Of a stretch of 33,518 bases of DNA, positions 16,490-24,490 are shown in pieces. This DNA comes from an uncultured archaeon. Its GTDB lineage: Archaea; Iainarchaeota; Iainarchaeia; Iainarchaeales; DTGL01. The stretch covers positions 1 through 33,518 of the forward strand of contig CAZKED010000012.1 in the NCBI GenBank assembly GCA_964551725.1, read 5' to 3'. Under the pieces are notes generated by a model. The model did no database searches. It was not told the DNA's origin and was given only the letters and a program-made list of their open reading frames with translations. The number at the start of each line of letters is the position of its first letter. The first letter of the stretch is position 1. A program made the translations under genes and the position numbers.

Positions 16490-18010
16490 TTAATGCCTGA
16501 AATGCCTCCTCTTTGAAAACACGAGGGCAATGCCGTGCTCGTCCGCTGCCTGTATTACTTCCTTGTCCCTAATGCTTCCGCCCGGGGCAACAATTGCTGA
16601 AACGCCGGCTTTTGCGGCGATATCGACGCTGTCCCTGAAAGGGAAGAAACCATCGGAGGCAAGAACCGCTCCCCTGGCTTTCCCTGAGGCTTTTTTTACC
16701 GCCAGTTCCACCGCATCGACCCTGCTCATCTGCCCTGCTCCAATGCCCACAGTGGCAAGCCCTTTAGCCAAAACTATTGCGTTGCTTTTAACGTTTTTTA
16801 CCACACGGAACCCAAACTCCAAATCGCGCATTTCCCCGTCGCCAGGCGATTTCTTTGAAACAATGCTGAATTCCTCGCTGGATTCCCGGACGGAATCAGC
16901 ATCCTGAAGTAGGAGACCCCCTTTCACCTTCCTGAAATCCATTCCGCGCTCCGCGCGCCTGAAGGGAAGCTTTAGCACGCGCAAGTTCTTTTTCCCGCGG
17001 AGTTCTTTGAGCGCGCGGGCATCGAATGCCGGCGCGACCACGACTTCGTTGAAGAATGCTGCGATTTTTTCCGCTGTTTCCAAATCGCATTTTTTGTTCA
17101 GCGCAATTACCGAACCGAAAGCGCTTTTCTCGTCGCATTCAAGCGCGAGGGAGAACGCTTTGCCGAGTTCTCCCGCACAGGCAACCCCGCAGGGGTTGTT
17201 GTGCTTTACTATTACTGCCGCCGGCTCATGGAACTCGAGCGCAATTTTAACCGCGGAATCCGCGTCCAGAAAATTGTTGAATGACAGGGGCTTTCCGTTC
17301 AGTTGTGAGGCGGAAGCGATGCCGCTTTCCTGCGGGAATTCCTGGGCGTAAAGAGCGCCTCTCTGGTGCGGGTTTTCCCCGTAGCGCGTTTCCTGCTTTT
17401 TTTTGAAAGAGAGGGAAATTTTTTCCGGGAATTCCCGCAATGGGGAAAAATAGCGCGCAATAACCGCATCGTAGTGGGCGGTTAGGGCGAAAGCCTTTGA
17501 GGCGAGCGCTTTCCTTGTTTTAAGGGAGAGTGCGCCTTTGCGCTCCTGCATTTCTCTGGCAACCGGGGAATAATCCTCAGGGCTGCAGACAACAGCAACC
17601 GATGAATAATTTTTAGCCGCCGCCCTTATTAATGCCACTCCACCTATGTCAATGTTTTCAATTGCCTCTTTTTCCGGGGGATGCCCTGCAATCGTTTCCC
17701 CGAAAGGGTAAAGGTTAACCACAACCAAATCGATAAGGGGAATGCCTTTTCCATCCAGTTCCTTGAGGTGCTCCGGGTTTGAGCGGTCTGCGAGAATGCC
17801 CGCGTGTATTTTGGGGTGCAGTGTTTTTACTCTGCCTCCTGCCAGTTCCTGCGAGCCGGTGAAATCCGACACTTTTTCCGCCGGAATTCCTTTTTCTTTC
17901 AGAAACTTCCAAGTGCTGCCGGTGGCAACAATTTTAACGCCGAGTCTTTTAAGAGAGGAGCAGAATTCCTCCAGTCCTTCCTTGCTGTAAACGGAAAAGA
18001 GCGCTCTCAT
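16490..18010 (-). CDS. purH: Bifunctional IMP cyclohydrolase / AICAR transformylase
   Basis: RALFSVYSK, GRVKTLHPKIHAGILA, ENIDIGG, RAAAKN, RYGENPHQ, KHNNPCG, GAGQMSRVD, ASDGFFPF, PGGSIRD, RHFRH. ATG 18010 overlaps the folD stop. Confidence 0.97.
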   Translation of the reverse strand: MRALFSVYSKEGLEEFCSSLKRLGVKIVATGSTWKFLKEKGIPAEKVSDFTGSQELAGGRVKTLHPKIHAGILADRSNPEHLKELDGKGIPLIDLVVVNLYPFGETIAGHPPEKEAIENIDIGGVALIRAAAKNYSSVAVVCSPEDYSPVAREMQERKGALSLKTRKALASKAFALTAHYDAVIARYFSPLREFPEKISLSFKKKQETRYGENPHQRGALYAQEFPQESGIASASQLNGKPLSFNNFLDADSAVKIALEFHEPAAVIVKHNNPCGVACAGELGKAFSLALECDEKSAFGSVIALNKKCDLETAEKIAAFFNEVVVAPAFDARALKELRGKKNLRVLKLPFRRAERGMDFRKVKGGLLLQDADSVRESSEEFSIVSKKSPGDGEMRDLEFGFRVVKNVKSNAIVLAKGLATVGIGAGQMSRVDAVELAVKKASGKARGAVLASDGFFPFRDSVDIAAKAGVSAIVAPGGSIRDKEVIQAADEHGIALVFSKRRHFRH

Positions 18011-18861
18011 TTTTTCACCCCCGCCGCTTTCTCCGCGGCGTTCACTGTATTCTCCATGAGGCACGCTACAGTCATCGGTCCCACCCCGCCCGGCACGGGG
18101 GTAATGAATGATGCTCTTTCTTTTACCGCTTCAAAATCAACGTCCCCGCAGAGCTTTCCGCCAACCCTGTTTATGCCGACGTCTATTACAACCGCGCCGG
18201 GCTTCACCATTTCCGCTTTTATGAGATTCGGGACTCCGGCTGCAACCACAAGCACTTCGGCTTGCGGGGTTTCCTGTCCAAGAAATTGCGTGAATTTGTC
18301 GCATATGCTGAGAGTGGCATTCCTGTTCAAAAGCATTATTGAGAGAGGCATTCCAACTGCGCCGTGCCCCACAATGCAGGCGCGTTTGCCCTGCAGTTCT
18401 GTGCCCGTGCTCTCTATTAGCTTCACGACCCCGCAGGGAGTGCAGGGCGCAAGGAATTCATTTCCCCGGACAAGCTTCCCCAGGTTCGGGGAAGTGAACC
18501 CGTCAACGTCCTTGTCCGGGGAAACGGTTTCAATTACCTTCCTTTTGTTAATTCCATTAGGCAGCGGCAGCTGGACGAGAATGCCGTGAATTTTTTCATC
18601 GGCGTTCAGTTCCTTTACTTCTTTTATTATTTCTTCCTCAGGCGTTTTTGCGGGCAGTTCTATTTTTCTGGAAAGAATTCCGAGCCCTGCACATGCTTTC
18701 TCCTTCTTTTTCACGTAAATTTTTGAAGCGGGGTCTTCGCCGGCAATTATTACCGCGAGACCCGGCACAACGCCTTTTTCACCGAGCGATTCAATCCTTT
18801 GCCGGAGCGAGGACTCCAGTTCTGCGGCAATTTTTCTGCCGTCGATTATTTCCGCGGGCAT
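18007..18861 (-). CDS. folD: Methylene-THF dehydrogenase / methenyl-THF cyclohydrolase
   Basis: IIDGRKIA, YVKKK, GILVQLPLP, KDVDG, PCTP, VIDVGINR, GDVDF, TPVPGGVGPMT. Confidence 0.96.
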   Translation of the reverse strand: MPAEIIDGRKIAAELESSLRQRIESLGEKGVVPGLAVIIAGEDPASKIYVKKKEKACAGLGILSRKIELPAKTPEEEIIKEVKELNADEKIHGILVQLPLPNGINKRKVIETVSPDKDVDGFTSPNLGKLVRGNEFLAPCTPCGVVKLIESTGTELQGKRACIVGHGAVGMPLSIMLLNRNATLSICDKFTQFLGQETPQAEVLVVAAGVPNLIKAEMVKPGAVVIDVGINRVGGKLCGDVDFEAVKERASFITPVPGGVGPMTVACLMENTVNAAEKAAGVKK

Positions 18862-18869
18862 TCTCTCAC

Positions 18870-19370
18870 CTATCTGAATTCCTCTTTCAGTGAGAAATCC
18901 TTTTCCCTAAGTTCCCCTTTCAGCGAGGAAAAATATTCCGCCAGCTTTTTTTTCAGTTCAGCGTCCGCCAAGGCAAGGATTTTTACGGCGTGAAGCGCCG
19001 CATTCTCCGGCTCCAGGATTGTGCAACAGGCAACGCTGCCGGGCATTCTCAGCGAGGAAAGCAAATCAGCGAAATCAAATTTTTCCGAAAGCACGGGGCA
19101 GTTTATGACCGGAAAGGAGGAATGACCAGCAATTACCGGACCGAGAGAATTGCTCCTGCCCGCGACGGCAATAAAAACCGCGTTTTTCCGGCTTTCCCCG
19201 TACTCTTTCACCGCGTCAAGCACCTCTGCGGCGAGCTTGTGCGCGGAAAGCGCTCTTACCTCAAAGCGCACGGAGGGAAAATTCTTCCTGAGGAAGGAAG
19301 TTATCTTCTTTGCTGTGCTGCGGTCTTTCTCCGACCCCATGAAAATTATTACTGCGGACTGCATTTTCAT
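18870..19370 (-). CDS. purE: AIR carboxylase, class II-like PurE
   Basis: MGSEKD, SAHK, VAGRSNSLGPV, PVINCP, SSLRMP. Confidence 0.92.
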   Translation of the reverse strand: MKMQSAVIIFMGSEKDRSTAKKITSFLRKNFPSVRFEVRALSAHKLAAEVLDAVKEYGESRKNAVFIAVAGRSNSLGPVIAGHSSFPVINCPVLSEKFDFADLLSSLRMPGSVACCTILEPENAALHAVKILALADAELKKKLAEYFSSLKGELREKDFSLKEEFR

Positions 19371-20398
19371 CTCCCCTTGGAATATATTTCGCCCAGAACC
19401 TCTTTTAAGCTGCGCGCTTCAAACCATTTTCTGTCCAGATACTGGTTCGCTCCAGCCCTGTACATTTCCGAAAACAGTTCAAGGAATTTTTTTGGCAGCG
19501 GCTTGGGATTAATGCCGCAGTATTTTTTCCAATCCGCGGCGCCGCTCCTTGCTGCAGTTTTTTTTGCGCTGTCCACCGCTTCCACCCATTCAGGTTGAAT
19601 GCGCTTGTAATGCTGCCTTGCCACTTCCTTGCTCACCTCTCTGCCCTGGAAGGAAAAGCGGTTTTCGTCAAACGTTCCGCAGACATCCGCTACAAAAAGT
19701 TCGTCGTTGAAGTAAAACGCTTCAATTTTTCCGTCTTCGTTTTTGAACCCGCGGCTTTCCGCGTGCTTTGAAATTACTTCGTTGACCTTGAACGCGATTC
19801 CCTCGAGTTCTGAGAAAAGATTCTCGCCGAGGCAGGAAATTTCAATCGCTTCCTCCCTTCGCAAATAACGGTCCTTTTTTTCCAGCTTGGTGGAAAAATC
19901 TATCACTGGTTTTTCCAGTTCAAGGCTTTCCTCCGGCCATTCCCCGAAATCAAGTCCCAGGTCGCGCGGGGAAAATCTTGCCCTCACAGAGGACCCGGGG
20001 GGCAGGAAATTCCTGTAAATTATTTCCAAGGGAACCAAAAAGTTGTTTCCGCATTTTTCCCTGAATGCTTCATATTCGTATTTTCCGTTGCGGAATGGAA
20101 GCCGTGGCTTTACTGTGAGGGCTATTTTCATTTCATTGCTCGCCCCGCTTAATTCTTCAATGCCTTTCACTTTTCCTTCCTCCATAAGACCGAGGTAGTG
20201 CGTTCTTATTCCCTCCCTTTCCAGCAGGCGGAAATTGAATGCGCCGAGCATGCAGAGCACCGCGCCCTTTCCGGGAACGGAATCGGGCATTTTGCCCCAG
20301 TCGAAAACGCTGTAGTCGTCTGAGAACAGGAACGAGCCCTTTCCCAGCATTCCCTTGAAGGGTGCGGATTCCTCAATAATTTCCTTCACCGAACCCAT
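19367..20398 (-). CDS. purC: SAICAR synthetase (long archaeal type)
   Basis: MGSVK, FSDDYSVFDWGKMPD, GKG, PLEIIYRN, FSTKLEKKDR, DGKIE, GTFDENRF, SKEVARQ. Confidence 0.94.
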   Translation of the reverse strand: MGSVKEIIEESAPFKGMLGKGSFLFSDDYSVFDWGKMPDSVPGKGAVLCMLGAFNFRLLEREGIRTHYLGLMEEGKVKGIEELSGASNEMKIALTVKPRLPFRNGKYEYEAFREKCGNNFLVPLEIIYRNFLPPGSSVRARFSPRDLGLDFGEWPEESLELEKPVIDFSTKLEKKDRYLRREEAIEISCLGENLFSELEGIAFKVNEVISKHAESRGFKNEDGKIEAFYFNDELFVADVCGTFDENRFSFQGREVSKEVARQHYKRIQPEWVEAVDSAKKTAARSGAADWKKYCGINPKPLPKKFLELFSEMYRAGANQYLDRKWFEARSLKEVLGEIYSKGR

Positions 20399-20436
20399 AA
20401 AAAGCCCCGAGAGAAAGAGAAATTAAAGTATTTTAA

Positions 20437-21720
20437 TTATTTCCTTCCATGGCGCTCTCTCAAATTCCGCGCCTGCCGAGAAATCCACCTAAAAGGCTTT
20501 GCGGCATTCCTTGCCAGCATTGCAGGCGCGTCGGGAAGGTTCCTCTCGATGATTCTTCCTGCAGCCCTTGCCTGTTTTGCAGCCCTTTCGCGCCTGGAAG
20601 CAGCCGCTGCGATTTCCCTGTGAATTCTGACAACACTCCCAAGCTTGTTCAAAGAGCGCCTGTCCCCCGCTCTGGCATCTTCCCTTGTCTTGAAAACATG
20701 CTCTTTTCCCGCACCATAAAAGACAGGAAACCTTGTTCTCCTGCGTATTTTTCCGCTGACAAGCCTTGCAAGGGCTTCCGGACCGCCGCGGGCAAAAACA
20801 GAAAAGTACTGGAAAAGCACATCAAGTCTTGAAGTGGCAATTGTGTATTCCGGGACCGTCCGGGGGAGTCTTTTCGAAATGTTGACGAAAATGTTTATTG
20901 CCCCCTTCTTTTCCCTGTCCTTGGCGACGGGCGTGCCTGTAACTGAGTCTTCCAAGTACAGTGATACCCTGGCGACATTCTTCCTGGCTATTCCGTGTTT
21001 CCTTGCCCACCTCTCCCCGAGCCCTTTTCTCTCGCGAAGCCTTCTCCACATGTTGGTTTCTATTTTCTTGTTGTTGGAAACCTTGCTGTTTTTCCAGTAA
21101 TCCTTCACTCCCGTTATATATCCCTCTGCATCGCATTCAAAATCAAAACCGTAAACGTTCATTTCCGCAAGGGAGTCGGTAAACCCGAGTTTTAACGCGA
21201 CTGCCTTTGCAATGGGCTTCGCGTTTGCGGTCAGAATATAGCACATTCTCCTCTCAGAAAACCTTGAAGCCTGAATCATGTCAAACAAAACTTTTGCCCT
21301 TGGCATGAGTCCGGCTTCCCTATGCGGAGAACTCACAATATCGTAAGCGATTCTCGTTAATTCATCCCTCTTAATCCTGTAACCTTCCTTTATCAGTTCC
21401 GCAAAGGTTTTCTCGACCGCCATTCCGGCGTAATAATCCGGTCTTTTGCTTACAGGACCCCTGTCCACTACGTCCCAGTTTCTCTCAAGCCGGTGTGCAA
21501 ATTCCTTTCCCTTCTCCTCCACATGCCTTCTTGCCTCTTCCCCCTCGAAACCCCTTTTTTTAGCTTCCCTCTGCCCAACCTGCCTGCCCCACTCGTAAAG
21601 AACTTCAATGCTGAGGTCGCCTCTTGTAAGCGTCCCGTCCATGTCGGAAATAATGAAGAGGGGAAATTCTATTTTTTCACGGCTCTTTTTTTTCCTTTGC
21701 GCCCTTGAGGCTGCCGTCAT
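20437..21720 (-). CDS. HAD-superfamily (IB-like) hydrolase domain protein with basic N- and C-terminal extensions
   Basis: Motif I IISDMDGTLT, motif II ILTAN, FECDAEGYITG, degenerate motif IV LYLEDS. Confidence 0.7.
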   Translation of the reverse strand: MTAASRAQRKKKSREKIEFPLFIISDMDGTLTRGDLSIEVLYEWGRQVGQREAKKRGFEGEEARRHVEEKGKEFAHRLERNWDVVDRGPVSKRPDYYAGMAVEKTFAELIKEGYRIKRDELTRIAYDIVSSPHREAGLMPRAKVLFDMIQASRFSERRMCYILTANAKPIAKAVALKLGFTDSLAEMNVYGFDFECDAEGYITGVKDYWKNSKVSNNKKIETNMWRRLRERKGLGERWARKHGIARKNVARVSLYLEDSVTGTPVAKDREKKGAINIFVNISKRLPRTVPEYTIATSRLDVLFQYFSVFARGGPEALARLVSGKIRRRTRFPVFYGAGKEHVFKTREDARAGDRRSLNKLGSVVRIHREIAAAASRRERAAKQARAAGRIIERNLPDAPAMLARNAAKPFRWISRQARNLRERHGRK

Positions 21721-21795
21721 AAAGTATTACCTTTTTTCTGTCCCTGTAATTATTTTATATTATTGATTGTTTATAACTCTTTACCGGGGGAAAAA

Positions 21796-22614
21796 ATGGG
21801 GATTTTGAGGACAACACGGCTGTTTGACCCGCAAAAAAAGCCGCTGCGGATTGCAGTGCTTTTTTCCGGTGGCGCGAGTTCCGCGAGATACGTTCTCCAG
21901 GAATGCAGGAAGCATTCCTCCGTGGCAAAAAAATTAAAGTTTGTGGGCGCGTTCTCCGATTCAAGCAGACCGCGCGGACTGCGCACATTTGAAATGGTGA
22001 ACTATCCAACCTACATCGTGGACTACGCCCAGTTCATGGAAAAAAACAAAAAAAAGGGAAACGAGCGCGCCTGGGAAGAATATTTTTCAAGGGTGCTCAA
22101 AGAGGTAGGGGAGTGGAAGCCCGACGTATTAATGCTCTCCGGTTTCATGAATATTGTGCGGGAGCCACTGCTCAGCGAGTTCAAAAACCGCATTCTTAAC
22201 GTGCATCCCGCGGACTTAACCCTCAAAGAAAACGGGAAAATAAAATACGTTGGAAAAAACGCGGTAATGGACGCCGTGCTTGCCGGCGAGCCCTACACGC
22301 GTTCCAGCGTTCACCTCGTCACAAAGAATGTGGACTGCGGCCCGCTGGTTGCGGTTTCAAAAAAATTTTCCGTGGACAAGGAAAGAGTGCGGGAAATGGT
22401 TGACAGGGGAGGAAAAAAAGGGCTGAAAAGATACGTGGAACTGCTGCAGGACAAAATGAAATGGGAGGGCGACGGTCCGGCATTCCTGAAAGCGCTTGAA
22501 CTATACGCAGACGGAAAACTGGCGGTAAAACGCGGAAAGGCATTCATCAAAGAAAACGGAAAATGGAAGCACGGCTTCTTCGATTTGGAAACAGGCGCAG
22601 TGAAAAATTACTGA
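21796..22614 (+). CDS. purN: Phosphoribosylglycinamide formyltransferase
   Basis: RIAVLFSGGASS, LSGFM, LNVHPADL (Asn/His), SSVHLV..VDCGP (Asp). ATG at 21796. Confidence 0.9.
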   Translation: MGILRTTRLFDPQKKPLRIAVLFSGGASSARYVLQECRKHSSVAKKLKFVGAFSDSSRPRGLRTFEMVNYPTYIVDYAQFMEKNKKKGNERAWEEYFSRVLKEVGEWKPDVLMLSGFMNIVREPLLSEFKNRILNVHPADLTLKENGKIKYVGKNAVMDAVLAGEPYTRSSVHLVTKNVDCGPLVAVSKKFSVDKERVREMVDRGGKKGLKRYVELLQDKMKWEGDGPAFLKALELYADGKLAVKRGKAFIKENGKWKHGFFDLETGAVKNY

Positions 22615-23633
22615 ATTGTTCCCGCTTCCCTTGCACTGATTCCGTGCTTTTTCGCAATCCTTATAACCGCATCGGGCTCCGGCGTAACGACAAGAAAGCA
22701 GTTGCCCATGTTCCAGGCGCGGTATGCTTCCCCAACGCTGACGTTTCCCAGCCGCATGAGTTCCAGGAATTCCACCTGCGGCGGAAACAATGCGTCAAGA
22801 ACAGCGCTGCGCTTTTTTTTCCGGAACACGCGGCGCAGGTTTTCGCCGATTCCGCCGCCCGTAACGTGCGCCATTGCGTGCACCCTGCATTTTCCAGCGC
22901 GACCGAAAGCGCCGACCATTTCAACAACTGCGGGGGTTACTATCAGGGAGGGCTTGAGGAGAATGTCGCCCCATTTCTTTCCGTGAAATTTTTCCTGGTG
23001 CCACTCCGAGCCGAATTCACGTCCGAGAATTCTGCGCGCAAGCGTCAAGCCGTTGGAGCGCACGCCTTTGCTCCTGAAAGCGACAACGCTGTCCCCTTTC
23101 TTAACCCTGGAGCCGTCCAAGAGCTTCCGTTTCTCCACTATTCCTATGAGGTCCGCGTTCCAGGTGAAGCCCTTCACCTGCCCCGGCAATTCGGCTATTT
23201 CGCCGCCGAGCATTGAAATGCCGGCGCGCTTGCATGCTTTCGGAATTCCCCTCATCAGCCCTGAAACAATTTCTGGGTCAGCACGCTGCATGTCAAGCGT
23301 GTTTGTTGCCGCAAGGGGTTCCGCGCCTGTCGCGGAACAGTCGTCCGCAACCATTGCAATGAGGTCGAAGGCGAGCGAATCATACTTTTCCATTTTGCTT
23401 GCAACAATTGCCTTGCTTCCAACGCCGTCGGAATTTTTCACGAGCACGGCATTCTTCACGTTTCCGAGTTCCATCGGACCGGAGAAACCTCCCTCCAAGG
23501 CGAATGCCTCTCCAACACCACCACGGCGGTTGGTGAAAGTTTTTTTCGCAGCAGCGTATGCAATGCGCGAGCATTTGTCTCCCAGGGAGACATTCACGCC
23601 TGCTTTTTTGTAGGTTGCACGATTCTTTTTCAT
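22608..23633 (-). CDS. purM: AIR synthetase
   Basis: TYKKAGVNV, GGFSG, DGVGSK, GAEPL, GGEIAELP, SNG, AHVTGGG, WNMGN. Confidence 0.93.
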   Translation of the reverse strand: MKKNRATYKKAGVNVSLGDKCSRIAYAAAKKTFTNRRGGVGEAFALEGGFSGPMELGNVKNAVLVKNSDGVGSKAIVASKMEKYDSLAFDLIAMVADDCSATGAEPLAATNTLDMQRADPEIVSGLMRGIPKACKRAGISMLGGEIAELPGQVKGFTWNADLIGIVEKRKLLDGSRVKKGDSVVAFRSKGVRSNGLTLARRILGREFGSEWHQEKFHGKKWGDILLKPSLIVTPAVVEMVGAFGRAGKCRVHAMAHVTGGGIGENLRRVFRKKKRSAVLDALFPPQVEFLELMRLGNVSVGEAYRAWNMGNCFLVVTPEPDAVIRIAKKHGISAREAGTIQ

Positions 23634-23661
23634 TCAATCCGCTTCCAAAACCACTTTCCTG

Positions 23662-24486
23662 TCAGAAATGCATTTTAATATAATCGACGGCGTTCTCGAA
23701 AATTTTTCTTCCATCTCCGCGTCCCGGCATTTCAAGAAGGCTCATGTACTTCTGCCTCCGGCGCAGCCACTGAGGGTGGTTTACGCTGAAAAGGAATGCT
23801 TCGGGGTGCGGCATCAAGCCGAATATTCTTCCGGAAGGGTCGCAAATTCCCGCTATTGCGTCAACTGACCCGTTCGGATTTTCAGGATACCTGTAGCTCG
23901 AATCATATCTTTCGTCCGCGTACTGCATCGCTATTTGCGAGTTCTTCCACAGCGCATCGATTGTTTTTCTTTCCGCAAAGAACTGTCCCTCGCCGTGCCT
24001 GCAGGGCAGGTCAATTTTTTTGATTCCCCTGAGGAAAACGCATTTTGTTTCGTTCACTTTCAGGCGCGTCCAGCGGTTTTCAAAGCGGGCGCTTTCGTTG
24101 TGGAAGATGCTCGCAGTCTGTTTCCCATATTTTCCGGAGAGGGCGGGCAGCAGGCCGGTTTTCACCAGAACCTGGAAGCCGTTGCATATTCCCAGCACGA
24201 GCTTGTTTTCTTCAACGAATTCCTTTATCTGGTCCATGAGCCGCGAGCCGTCGGAGAAAGCGTTTTCTATTTTGTTGGCGAGCGCTTTTCCCGCTCCGAG
24301 GTCGTCGCCGAATGAAAAACCCCCGGGAAAGGCAAGAACGTGGTAGTCTTCGAGTTTTTCCTTTCCGCTTATCAAATCGTTCAAGTGAACCCGCTTCGGT
24401 TTTGCGCCCGCAAGGGAGAACGCCTCGCCGGTCTCAAAATCGCAGTTTATTCCTTCGCCAGTGAGCACCAAAACCTTTGCGTCCAC
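23662..24486 (-). CDS. purQ: FGAM synthase glutaminase subunit
   Basis: GINCD, FPGGFSFGDDLGAG, LGICNGFQ (Cys), HGEG, YPENPNGS, MPHPE (His/Glu); GTG start. Confidence 0.96.
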   Translation of the reverse strand: MDAKVLVLTGEGINCDFETGEAFSLAGAKPKRVHLNDLISGKEKLEDYHVLAFPGGFSFGDDLGAGKALANKIENAFSDGSRLMDQIKEFVEENKLVLGICNGFQVLVKTGLLPALSGKYGKQTASIFHNESARFENRWTRLKVNETKCVFLRGIKKIDLPCRHGEGQFFAERKTIDALWKNSQIAMQYADERYDSSYRYPENPNGSVDAIAGICDPSGRIFGLMPHPEAFLFSVNHPQWLRRRQKYMSLLEMPGRGDGRKIFENAVDYIKMHF

Positions 24487-24490
24487 CTTC

